Shown: positions 53,549-62,323 of the stretch, piece by piece
How positions within the stretch are numbered: the first letter of the stretch is position 1
Layout: each line of letters opens with the position of its first letter
Assembly (NCBI GenBank): GCA_038893355.1
Contig: JAWARQ010000004.1
Location: 122,577 to 186,576 of the forward strand
Direction of reading: 5' to 3'
Origin: Sulfolobaceae archaeon
Lineage (GTDB): Archaea; Thermoproteota; Thermoprotei_A; Sulfolobales; Sulfolobaceae
Length of the DNA stretch: 64,000 nt
The notes under the pieces: model-generated
Told to the model about the DNA's origin: nothing
Seen by the model: only the letters and a program-made list of their open reading frames with translations
Database searches by the model: none
Made by a program: the position numbers and the translations under genes

Positions 53549-54379
53549 CTATGCTAAAAGAGAAGGTTCGAATCTAACTTTATATCTAATCTCTGTATAA
53601 GAATTGATATCATCGAATGTAAAGTAATAATTCTTACCCTCAAATTCGTATTTCACTAGCACACCGCCTACAGTATCTATATCTTCTCTGGGGAATAGTA
53701 CTCTTATTAACTTCTTCTTTAGGGGTACTTGCTTCTTAGCCTGCTCCTCCGTCTTGTACTTGCCCCTAAATATTAGGCTTGAGAATAACTCCCTCACTGA
53801 TATGCCATCCACTAGGAATATGATATTAGATATTTGGAATATTGAGGGGAATGAAGGTTCTATTAGAACCTTCAGTGGGGACTTCAGCCTCTGAAGGAAC
53901 TTTGTTAATAGTTCATTATGCTTCAAGAATGCTAGTAGGTAAACAGCTTGAGAGTAATTTAGCTCTACCTTATCATCACTCCTAATATAGCTTAGTAGAC
54001 CCTTCAACAAATCATTAGCGCTAAAAAGCTTCGAGTAGTATTCAAGATTCTCCCTCCTCATATAACTTAACTCCGAAGAGAATGCAAAAACATGAGGAAA
54101 GGTCCTAGATAAATAGCTGGCAATAGAGAAGGACTTAAGACCCCTCAACTCCTCCATGCTAAACTTCTCCGAATTATTAAGAAGAAACTCTAAACTTATC
54201 ACATTCACAACATCAATCCTATAAACATCCTTCCCTAACCTCTCACTCAAATACTTCAGCAACGGCTTAGAATAACTTTCCATAACCTCAGCATTAAGCA
54301 AAGTGAAAAACTCACTCCTAGAAACCTCCACCAGACCCTTCCACTCCCTCTCCAACTCCAACCTCTCTAAACCTTCCAA
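53549..54379 (-). CDS. Hypothetical protein, likely horizontally acquired; start uncertain
   Basis: 276-aa ORF with distinct codon usage; frame stays open upstream through ATA ATA CTT AAG. Confidence 0.6.
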   Translation of the reverse strand: MEGLERLELEREWKGLVEVSRSEFFTLLNAEVMESYSKPLLKYLSERLGKDVYRIDVVNVISLEFLLNNSEKFSMEELRGLKSFSIASYLSRTFPHVFAFSSELSYMRRENLEYYSKLFSANDLLKGLLSYIRSDDKVELNYSQAVYLLAFLKHNELLTKFLQRLKSPLKVLIEPSFPSIFQISNIIFLVDGISVRELFSSLIFRGKYKTEEQAKKQVPLKKKLIRVLFPREDIDTVGGVLVKYEFEGKNYYFTFDDINSYTEIRYKVRFEPSLLA

Positions 54380-54682
54380 CTCAACAAGCTTAAGTATTAT
54401 TAGTATATTATGAAATACAGATTAAAAACTTACATCCGAATTATTCAAAAATTAAATTACACTTTTAACCTCAATAAAATTCTCTTACAAATTTCACATT
54501 TTATTTATAATACTCTTTAACAAGAATAATAGTTTTGAGATTTTATAAAAAATCGGAAAGCTGTTTCCTTTAGATAAGGATTATAAAGTTTTTAGTTATA
54601 AACCTTGATTTTCTAGTAAGTGGAAAACGAGTAGAGTTATTATTCTTATGAAGATTTATATATCAGAGCTCAGCTTTCATTG

Positions 54683-54724
54683 TGATAAAACGAACGATAA
54701 GCCTCGCCTTTTGAGGCAGAAGTA
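54683..54724 (+). mobile_element. Degenerate copy 3 of the ~50-bp mini-element
   Basis: TGATAAAACGAACGATAAGCCTCGCCTTTTGAGGCAGAAGT. Confidence 0.65.
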
Positions 54725-54942
54725 AAGTTTTTTAATTTAACTTAATAAACTGAAGTATATACTATTAATGAAGTGTGGGTTTGATAAGTGCCCTGCATCA
54801 GTTTACCTAATAGTATTGAAGAGATTAGAAGTGATTTGAAATTGTTTACAATTATGCAGGAGTGTTAAAAGCAAAATTTATAACAGTCTCATGAGTTATC
54901 TTTTTTATATAACATAAAATATTAAAGATAAAAATACTAATG

Positions 54943-57036
54943 TTATCTTCTCCCTATTTTTCTGCTAATAAAGATACCTATTACTAAAATAGAGAATATT
55001 AAGGTAAGAAGATAAATTAGACTATAGTCATCTTGAGTATTTATTATGAAAGTGTATCTTGATGATATCCCATAATAATCTCTCACTATAACTGTTAAAT
55101 TATTTTTACCATTAGGTAGTTCTAACGACTTGCTTAGGCTAGTATTGTTAAAGTATCCAGAAATTATATTCTCATTATTAAGATAGATAAAGTATTGATA
55201 AGGTGGTGTGCCGTTATTAGTGTTTATTAAGATATTAACTGAGGAATTTATTCTTAACAAACTATTAGAGGTGCTAATAAGTATTTTAAAATTAGGTTTT
55301 TGATTTACGGCTATATTTAAACTTTTCTGGGTAGTATATCCTGCATTATCCTTGATAATTACGGTAATCATGTAATAGCCGGGCTGAGTTGTATTAAAAA
55401 TTCTTTTTATTTTAGTTATCAGTCCAGTGTAACTTACATTACTCTTCCCATTAATTATCCATGTAATATTAAAAGGTGGTGTTCCTCCCGATATTTCTAT
55501 ATTTATGAGTATCGGAATCCCTACGTCAGTAACTGTTGTATTTGACCTTAGCTCTATGTTAGGGTTCGGGTTTACTTTTAACGAGTATGAAAATTTCTTA
55601 TAACTATCATTAAAGTCTTTTATTGTTATCTCAACAATATAGTTTCCAGGCTGTAGTGTGAAGTTTTTGTATAAGTATCCAATTAGTCCAATCGTTAATT
55701 TTTGTGTCTGAATAACTTTTCCAGAATTTGCGTCAACTATACTAAAGTTGATTATATATGGTGGTGTCCCACCTTCAAATGAAATATTAAAGTGGGCTGG
55801 TATCCCAGTATCTGTAACTGTAGTGTAACTTACTATCGACGAATTAAATTCTGTAAAATTCTTTTTAATTTCATGATAATAACTATTTCCTATCGTTACC
55901 CTGTAAACACCTTTATAACTATAAGTATAAATATTGTATGCTTTCTCTGCAGTATTTGAACTGAATGAAAACAATGTTTTAGGTAATATTACCGTGTTAT
56001 TGTTCATGTAATACATGTATAATAGGGAGTCCATTTGATAAAATGTTGTTGCCTCATAGTTTCCAGCACCTGCAAATACGAATTCAGCATCATACGGTAA
56101 CCCTCTCCCTGTAACATCCCTTCCGCTCACCAACATATAGGCTGATACAACTCTAGAAATTAAGATCGTGACATTATCATACCAATATAATTTATCATAA
56201 TTATAGTAGCCAAAACTAACTACTACGCTAGAATGGTTATAACTCACTTTTACTACTAAGGTTAAGTCTAATGGTAATGAGTACTTCTTTGCAGGTAGCC
56301 AATACATATAGTAATTCTCACTATTAGAAAAGGTAAATACTCGGCCGAATCCGTATATCTTTTCGCTATCAAGTATACTTATCCGACCAGTGAAATTCCA
56401 GATAGAATCTAGATAGTAATAAGTATTACTTTGGGTATCGAATCCAACTACATTTTGTAGCCAATATTGTTGAGTATTAAAACCTGTATTTACTTGTAGT
56501 ATAACGTTAAGTTGTAAGCTTGCACCGTAAGGTGGAACACCACTAGGCGGGTTTGGGTTATAGGCTAAGATGGAATAAATTCTTGCGTATGCAAATACAG
56601 TGTCGTACTTTATATCATAAGGAATCCTACTGCCATTATCTGATACTTCTATTCCATAATCGACAATTCCAATTGCGGAAGGTCTACTAAAGGTTAAGTA
56701 GTATGAATTCATTATCGTACCATACGGGTTAAGATTTGTTGGTGCATAGTATCCATTACCTAAATTAGTAGTATCATAGAAATTATCCGTGCCTATTTCA
56801 GATTTAATGAAATAATGAGGTTTATTTCTAAGGTCTGCGAGATCTTTCGAAGAAAGTATCATGAAGTTCATTTTTCCAGGCAATTGAAAGTCTATGAAGC
56901 TACTATTAACGTATAAGGCTTGAGTATAGAAGGAGAATTCTGGCTTCATAATGTTTATCTCGGATTCATTATTGATACTAATAACAAGTATTGATAATAA
57001 ATATATTGATAATAATAAAAAATTTTTTAAAATCAT
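54943..57036 (-). CDS. Thermopsin-family (A5) protease with PKD/Ig-like repeats and C-terminal membrane anchor
   Basis: Signal peptide, IGIVDYG, ASLQLN, YWLQNV, DAEFVFAG, three GGTPPY-type repeats, TM plus basic tail. Confidence 0.9.
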   Translation of the reverse strand: MILKNFLLLSIYLLSILVISINNESEINIMKPEFSFYTQALYVNSSFIDFQLPGKMNFMILSSKDLADLRNKPHYFIKSEIGTDNFYDTTNLGNGYYAPTNLNPYGTIMNSYYLTFSRPSAIGIVDYGIEVSDNGSRIPYDIKYDTVFAYARIYSILAYNPNPPSGVPPYGASLQLNVILQVNTGFNTQQYWLQNVVGFDTQSNTYYYLDSIWNFTGRISILDSEKIYGFGRVFTFSNSENYYMYWLPAKKYSLPLDLTLVVKVSYNHSSVVVSFGYYNYDKLYWYDNVTILISRVVSAYMLVSGRDVTGRGLPYDAEFVFAGAGNYEATTFYQMDSLLYMYYMNNNTVILPKTLFSFSSNTAEKAYNIYTYSYKGVYRVTIGNSYYHEIKKNFTEFNSSIVSYTTVTDTGIPAHFNISFEGGTPPYIINFSIVDANSGKVIQTQKLTIGLIGYLYKNFTLQPGNYIVEITIKDFNDSYKKFSYSLKVNPNPNIELRSNTTVTDVGIPILINIEISGGTPPFNITWIINGKSNVSYTGLITKIKRIFNTTQPGYYMITVIIKDNAGYTTQKSLNIAVNQKPNFKILISTSNSLLRINSSVNILINTNNGTPPYQYFIYLNNENIISGYFNNTSLSKSLELPNGKNNLTVIVRDYYGISSRYTFIINTQDDYSLIYLLTLIFSILVIGIFISRKIGRR

Positions 57037-57045
57037 TTTTATCTC

Positions 57046-57984
57046 CTATATAAGATTTTTGGAAATAACTCTATAAGCGTTTTCCCATAATACTTTATCT
57101 TTATACTCTTCGATATATTTTATGAGATCCTTGATTTTAAGTATATTCTCAAATCCTAATGGAACTTCATCTATTCCTAAAAAATCTGTTCCTAAGGCTA
57201 CATAATCCCATCCAAAACTTTCCCCAATATACTTTATATTCTCGACGATACCTTCAATATTAGGCCTTCTTAATGTGGAAACTATTGCTGTAACACCTAT
57301 TATTCCACCGGTCTTGATAATTGCTTCTATTGCCTCATCATCTAAATTCCTCTTATGTAATTTTAGTCTCTGAGAATTTGCATGAGATGCTATTATTGGT
57401 TTTTTGGATATTGATGCTACATCTAATATCGTCCTCTTTCCTGCATGGGCTATATCTATTATTATCCCTAGCGAATTCGCTAATTTTACTAATTCCTCAC
57501 CTTCATTTGTAATTCCATAATCCTTTTTTGAGGTACATGAGGAGGCAAATTTGTTATCGTAATTCCATGTTAAACCTACACAGAGTACATTCAATTCCTT
57601 TAGAACATACAAATCTGTATAATCCCTCAATATATCAGCACCTTCTAAGGAAAGTAGAATTTTAGTCTTGTTTGAGTTAAGGTCTTCTCTTGATTTGACT
57701 ATTTTTACATAACCTTTTCTCTCCAGATAATAATAGAACTTTAATTGATCAATAAAGACCTCTAAAGAGAAACTAGTAGAAAGTGTAGGTTTGCTATAGA
57801 GGTTTGTTAGACCTTCAGTCCTTTCATCTAAAGTATACACATGTGGAAAGATGGAGGCAAAAATTGTAGAGTCGAATTCATTAAGCATTTTGATGCTAGA
57901 CTGATAATCTCCGTTTATTACATCTATACCCCTCTGATTTGAAAACGCAAGATCTTGGTGTAAATCAACTAGTTTAATTTTCAT
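57046..57984 (-). CDS. Membrane dipeptidase (M19) family protein
   Basis: DLHQD, SLEG, LTWN, IDIAH, ASHAN...RNL.D, LGTDF. Confidence 0.9.
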   Translation of the reverse strand: MKIKLVDLHQDLAFSNQRGIDVINGDYQSSIKMLNEFDSTIFASIFPHVYTLDERTEGLTNLYSKPTLSTSFSLEVFIDQLKFYYYLERKGYVKIVKSREDLNSNKTKILLSLEGADILRDYTDLYVLKELNVLCVGLTWNYDNKFASSCTSKKDYGITNEGEELVKLANSLGIIIDIAHAGKRTILDVASISKKPIIASHANSQRLKLHKRNLDDEAIEAIIKTGGIIGVTAIVSTLRRPNIEGIVENIKYIGESFGWDYVALGTDFLGIDEVPLGFENILKIKDLIKYIEEYKDKVLWENAYRVISKNLI

Positions 57985-58092
57985 AAGATCTCTTACGATG
58001 CCTTATTAAAATATATTCATTTAATTAGCAAGATCTATTCGGCTTTTTACAGAAAATGGGGAAGAGTCAGAGTCTAAAGGGGAACTCCTACT

Positions 58093-58130
58093 GTTGCAAA
58101 CTCAAGCTTGTTAGGAGCGGAGCTTGTAAC
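58093..58130. repeat. Imperfect palindrome, probable IS200/IS605 end scar
   Basis: GTTGCAAACTC...GAGCTTGTAAC inverted repeat around TTAGGAGCGG. Confidence 0.4.
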
Positions 58131-58326
58131 GCCTCTTAAGCTTGTTATAAATTAATGCAAAGATTTTTAATTAATAATAAACTAAACTGCTATTAATAAT
58201 ACTAATAGGCATTGAATAGATTATGCATTTATTTAATAGCATTAAAGAAATCTAGGCTGGTATATCTTATTTTACTTAATCTATCCTTTTACCATTTTTA
58301 AGAAAAATCATGCTTAACATAATATA

Positions 58327-58764
58327 TTATGAACTCTTTAACTTCTCCTCTTCTTTAATTTCCCTTAAAGCTTCTTGTGCTATTCTAAATGAATCCATAG
58401 CAGCTGGAAGGCCACAATATATGGCTACTTGTAGTAATACTTCCTTTATCTCTTCCTCAGTACAACCATTCCTTATGGCACCTTTAATATGTAATTTCAA
58501 TTCGTTATGTCTATTTAGCGCACTTAGTATTCCAATGTTTATTAAACTCCTTATCTTTCTAGGAATAACTTCATCTCTCGTCCATAATAGGCCCCAGGCA
58601 AAAATCGTAACAATTTCTTGGAGTTCCCTATTAAAATCAGTTGCTTCCCTTAATGCCTTTTCAACATATTCTTTACCCATTACTTGTTTTCTTACTTCAA
58701 GACCTTTTTCATATAGTTTTTTCAACTCAGGATTTTTAACAAATAAACTACTCATACTTACCAC
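58327..58764 (-). CDS. Carboxymuconolactone decarboxylase (PcaC-like) family protein
   Basis: GLEVRKQVMG.EYV, AWG..W.R, RSLI, ELKLH..GAIRNG, Q.AIYCGLPA. Confidence 0.9.
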   Translation of the reverse strand: MVSMSSLFVKNPELKKLYEKGLEVRKQVMGKEYVEKALREATDFNRELQEIVTIFAWGLLWTRDEVIPRKIRSLINIGILSALNRHNELKLHIKGAIRNGCTEEEIKEVLLQVAIYCGLPAAMDSFRIAQEALREIKEEEKLKSS

Positions 58765-58803
58765 TCTAATCTGAAGTTAATAAACAATTTTACAGAGTAG
58801 GTT

Positions 58804-58852
58804 AGGGGAGCGTAAAGCCTCTGCCTCTTTAAGGCGGAGATGGATAGCCCCT
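58804..58852 (+). mobile_element. Orphan IS200/IS605-family left-end hairpin
   Basis: AGGGGAGCGTAAAGCCTCTGCCTCTTTAAGGCGGAGATGGATAGCCCCT nested stems followed by a TATA-like tract; no transposase downstream. Confidence 0.65.
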
Positions 58853-59229
58853 TATATTTAAATATTTCTTTTGAGTGTGATACTAATAATTTCATTTATT
58901 TGAAATTTATTCAAAATTACCTTAAGCCCTCATTTCCTAAGAAGTTTAGTTGTATAGTAAAAATCTTATAGAAATTAAAATTGTTATAATCTTATTACTT
59001 TATTAATGTGTAAGTTTTCTAACAAATTGAAACGAAATTTACACTTTATATAATTTATACTGAATTAACAAAATTATTGTCACACTGATCTGATGGTATC
59101 GCCATTAAGCTACAAATTATTGTATGAAAAGTTCTCCTTATAGAGTAGAAGTGTAAAATATAATTTTTCATGACATGTTATAGGGCAAAAAGAAATTTTG
59201 TAGTTCAGTAGCTATACCATCTCCTATAT

Positions 59230-59297
59230 AGGCCCCATGGCTTACACTATGCTTGAAGTTCGACCGAAAGACTACACTGAAGGCTGGAGAGGTTCAA
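59230..59297 (+). mobile_element. Possible degenerate tnpB right-end/omega-RNA remnant
   Basis: GC-richer tract AGGCCCCATGG...GAAGGCTGGAGAGGTTCA resembling Sulfolobales tnpB element 3' ends. Confidence 0.35.
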
Positions 59298-59306
59298 TCT
59301 AAAAAG

Positions 59307-59717
59307 TTACTCACACCATTTCTCCTTCCAAGCTTGTTTGATAAAGGGGATTAAGTAATTAGATACGAAATCCAAACAATCCTTTGCTGTATCTTCATCT
59401 ATTTCGAATGGGGAATATTGTCCCTCAATCCTATTACTCTCAATGTCTTTAAGCTCCTTTCTGAATTTCCTTACAAAATCCTTAGCGTTAAGTTCGGGCA
59501 TAATAAAATCTATGATTCTTAATAACTCCCTTAAGTTGTGGGTCTCTGGGTAACTCATACCTAGGAAAAGGATCGTGGACTTTAAGAGTAGTTGTGCTGA
59601 TATTTCACAAGTCGTTGCGGAAACATCGTAAAAACCCTTAGTTAAGCTGTCTTTTGCACTTTCCAAGTACCTTAAAGCTCTTTTGCAGAGCCTTAATGCT
59701 TCATCATACCTAGACAT
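59307..59717 (-). CDS. HEPN domain protein
   Basis: A.RYLESA...L.KGFYDVS...E.SAQLLLKS, P.THNL.ELL, R-X4-Y (RIEGQY). Confidence 0.88.
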   Translation of the reverse strand: MSRYDEALRLCKRALRYLESAKDSLTKGFYDVSATTCEISAQLLLKSTILFLGMSYPETHNLRELLRIIDFIMPELNAKDFVRKFRKELKDIESNRIEGQYSPFEIDEDTAKDCLDFVSNYLIPFIKQAWKEKWCE

Positions 59718-59749
59718 AGTTTTATTATCTACCGAGTGATTTTAAATAT

Positions 59750-60079
59750 GTGCTATTAGGTTGGAAGAGGATAGAGTTTTTAGAGAAGAATTGGAGGAAG
59801 ATTGCAGAAGAGGTTAAGGAGATAGCTAAAAAGTATGGGAATGTGTATAAGGTTATAGTTTTCGGATCGGTAATTAAAGATAAGACTTGTGGAAGTAGTG
59901 ATCTAGATATAGCTGTAATTTATAATGAGAATTTAAGTTTTAAGGAGAGGAGAAGGAGGGAGATTGGGATAACTCTGGAGTTGCCCGAAGAGGAATCCTT
60001 ACTTATTGACATTAAGGTTTTGGGCATTAATGAGGCTGATTTCTTTTTAAACTTCATAGGTACTTACGTTGAGGTATAA
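59750..60079 (+). CDS. Minimal nucleotidyltransferase (MNT)
   Basis: VFGSVIKDKTCGSSDLDIAV (GS-X10-DXD). Confidence 0.88.
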   Translation: MLLGWKRIEFLEKNWRKIAEEVKEIAKKYGNVYKVIVFGSVIKDKTCGSSDLDIAVIYNENLSFKERRRREIGITLELPEEESLLIDIKVLGINEADFFLNFIGTYVEV

Positions 60080-60288
60080 GCTCTATATTAAACTTAAGGT
60101 AGGGTTTTTACAGTTTAACTTTTTCTTGAGGTATAACTACCCTTATAATGAGGAATGTTATAGGAAGTCAGTTTTCTTCAAATAAACTAATAATATTAAG
60201 TGCTATTATTACTTAAAAATTATACAAGATAGGAAAAACTTTAATATTTGAAATTGATGACAATGATTCCATTATAACTGTTCTTAAT

Positions 60289-60981
60289 TTATTCAAATTC
60301 ATATACCTTTCCAAATTCAACTTCTTCACCATTAGCTCCGTAATCTATAAGAGTTGATGAGAATATCGAGATTGCGGAATCTTCCTTATTTATATATAAA
60401 TGATACACACCTTTTGTCTCTTTCTTTGTATAGTATGATAATGCATATAGCCTTACTTTTGATTCCATCCTCTCTATCTCTAAGATAAAGACATCTAGTG
60501 CACTCTTCGTATATTCCTTCAAAGTTTCTAAACCCTTTCTGACACCTAAATCCTTTACGACTTCTAAAATAATTTCTGAATCAACGGTTAATTTAGGATC
60601 CCTATTTAAATTAAATTCCCTTATAACTTTAGCATGGTCTATCTCGCCATTATGGGCCAAAAACATGAATGACGTAGCGTTTTGTGTAAAGAAGGGATGA
60701 GAGTATATTGCTCCTTTTAGCTGGCTGGAAGATTTTCTGGCATGAAATATGCTATATGCTTTCTTAAAGCTAGGTAAGATTACAGATTCTTCATATATAG
60801 CACTTCCTGACTTATAAAAGTGGATTCTATTGCCTATTTTATCAAAAATCACATAGCCCCAACCGTCTCCATGTTGGATACAATTTCTTCTAGTATCACA
60901 ATTTGCGGAACTTTTTAATTTTTCATACAACTCGATTAACTTTTCCCTAGATTCCCCTATATAAGCAAACATTCTGCACAT
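60289..60981 (-). CDS. Class II glutamine amidotransferase (YafJ/EgtC/Dug3-like Ntn hydrolase)
   Basis: MCR N-terminal nucleophile, HGDGWG, HARKSS, HPF, AHNG, DSE. Confidence 0.9.
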   Translation of the reverse strand: MCRMFAYIGESREKLIELYEKLKSSANCDTRRNCIQHGDGWGYVIFDKIGNRIHFYKSGSAIYEESVILPSFKKAYSIFHARKSSSQLKGAIYSHPFFTQNATSFMFLAHNGEIDHAKVIREFNLNRDPKLTVDSEIILEVVKDLGVRKGLETLKEYTKSALDVFILEIERMESKVRLYALSYYTKKETKGVYHLYINKEDSAISIFSSTLIDYGANGEEVEFGKVYEFE

Positions 60982-61030
60982 TAAATAAAAAAATGTTAGT
61001 TAAGTTTTTAAATATACATGAAAGTAAATC

Positions 61031-62323
61031 TTGATGGATGTAGAAAAGTTATTGAGGGATAACGGCGTAAGTATATTAAGATTTACTTGGATGGGGCTAG
61101 ATGGTATAATAAGATCGAAGGGCGCTTATATAGACTACGTAAACGAGTTAATAAAGACTGGTATAGGCTTAACTATGGCAATGATGAGCTTTACTCCAAT
61201 GGATTATCTTTCACCTTATGGCACATTTGGCCCGCAAGATGAAGATGTTTTTCTTACCCCAGACTTAAATACTCTTTCAATATTTCCACCTTCTGCAGTA
61301 GTAATATGTGACTTACTTAAAAGAGGTAAGCCTTGGGAGTACGATCCTAGAAGCACCTTAAAGAAAACATTAGCGAGGATAAGAGAGCAGTATGGTTATG
61401 AAATTAGATCTTCTTTTGAGATAGAATTCTATTTGATCAAAGACAAAAAGCCGTTTGATGATGCAAGATGTTTTGACTCTTCAGCATATTATAATAATCC
61501 AATAATTGAGGAGATAGCAAGGACTGCTAAGCAAGTGGGAATAAAACCAATAAGGGTAATAAAGGAATATGGGCCAGGGCAGTACGAATTTGATATAATG
61601 CATAAAGACGCTTTAAGGAGTGCTGATGAAATTATTTTATTTAAAGAAATAGCTAAACAAGTAAGTAGAAAATACGGTGTTGATGCAAACTTTATGCCAA
61701 AGCCTTTTAATAAGATGGCGGGCTCTGGACTCCATTTAAACCTAAGTTTATGGAAGAATGGAAAGAACCTATTTTACTCTAAAGACGACATATTTGGACT
61801 AAGCGAGTTAGGATATAGCTTTCTAGCGGGAATAATAGAGCATGCAAAAGCGTTAACTGCAATAGCTGCATCTACTGTAAACTCTTATAAGAGATTAGTC
61901 CCTGGATCATGGGCTCCAACTAAAATAACTTACGGTTATAATAATAAATCTGCAATGCTTAGAATACCTACACCTTATCCTAACATGGCAGAAGAGGATA
62001 GGAGGATAGAGTATAGAGTTCCAGATCCGTTAACAAACCCTTACCTACTCCTAACAGCAGTTATTGAAGCAGGCTTTGATGGAATAGAAAGGGGATTAAA
62101 ACCACCTCCACCAGTAAACGAGAATGCATACTATAGGAAGGATATAGAAGATATACCGCGAAACTTAAGGGAGGCTTTAAATGAATTAAAGAAAGATACG
62201 AAATTGATAGAGAGGATAGGTAAGCCAATAATTGAAGAATTTATAAAGGTAAAAACTGCGGAAGTTGAGGAATATGAATCTCTAGTAACAGACTGGGAAT
62301 TTGAGGTGTATAGGCATTTATGA
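61031..62323 (+). CDS. Glutamine synthetase-family gamma-glutamyl ligase
   Basis: FEIEFY, EYGPGQYE, FMPKPF, GSGLH, NSYKRL, RIEYRVPD all intact. Confidence 0.9.
   Translation: MMDVEKLLRDNGVSILRFTWMGLDGIIRSKGAYIDYVNELIKTGIGLTMAMMSFTPMDYLSPYGTFGPQDEDVFLTPDLNTLSIFPPSAVVICDLLKRGKPWEYDPRSTLKKTLARIREQYGYEIRSSFEIEFYLIKDKKPFDDARCFDSSAYYNNPIIEEIARTAKQVGIKPIRVIKEYGPGQYEFDIMHKDALRSADEIILFKEIAKQVSRKYGVDANFMPKPFNKMAGSGLHLNLSLWKNGKNLFYSKDDIFGLSELGYSFLAGIIEHAKALTAIAASTVNSYKRLVPGSWAPTKITYGYNNKSAMLRIPTPYPNMAEEDRRIEYRVPDPLTNPYLLLTAVIEAGFDGIERGLKPPPPVNENAYYRKDIEDIPRNLREALNELKKDTKLIERIGKPIIEEFIKVKTAEVEEYESLVTDWEFEVYRHL

Noticed and set aside
51528-54724. Repeated ~50-bp units as a CRISPR array
   Set aside because: Copies are 1-2 kb apart, in both orientations, without regular spacers or cas genes
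54768-54917. Cys-containing micro-ORF MKCGFDKCPASVYLIVLKRLEVI-stop-NCLQLC...
   Set aside because: Only 23 codons before TGA, no recognisable family; at most a decayed fragment
55190-55780. Recurrent GGTGGTGT motifs
   Set aside because: They encode the GTPP motif of tandem PKD-like domains in the thermopsin gene
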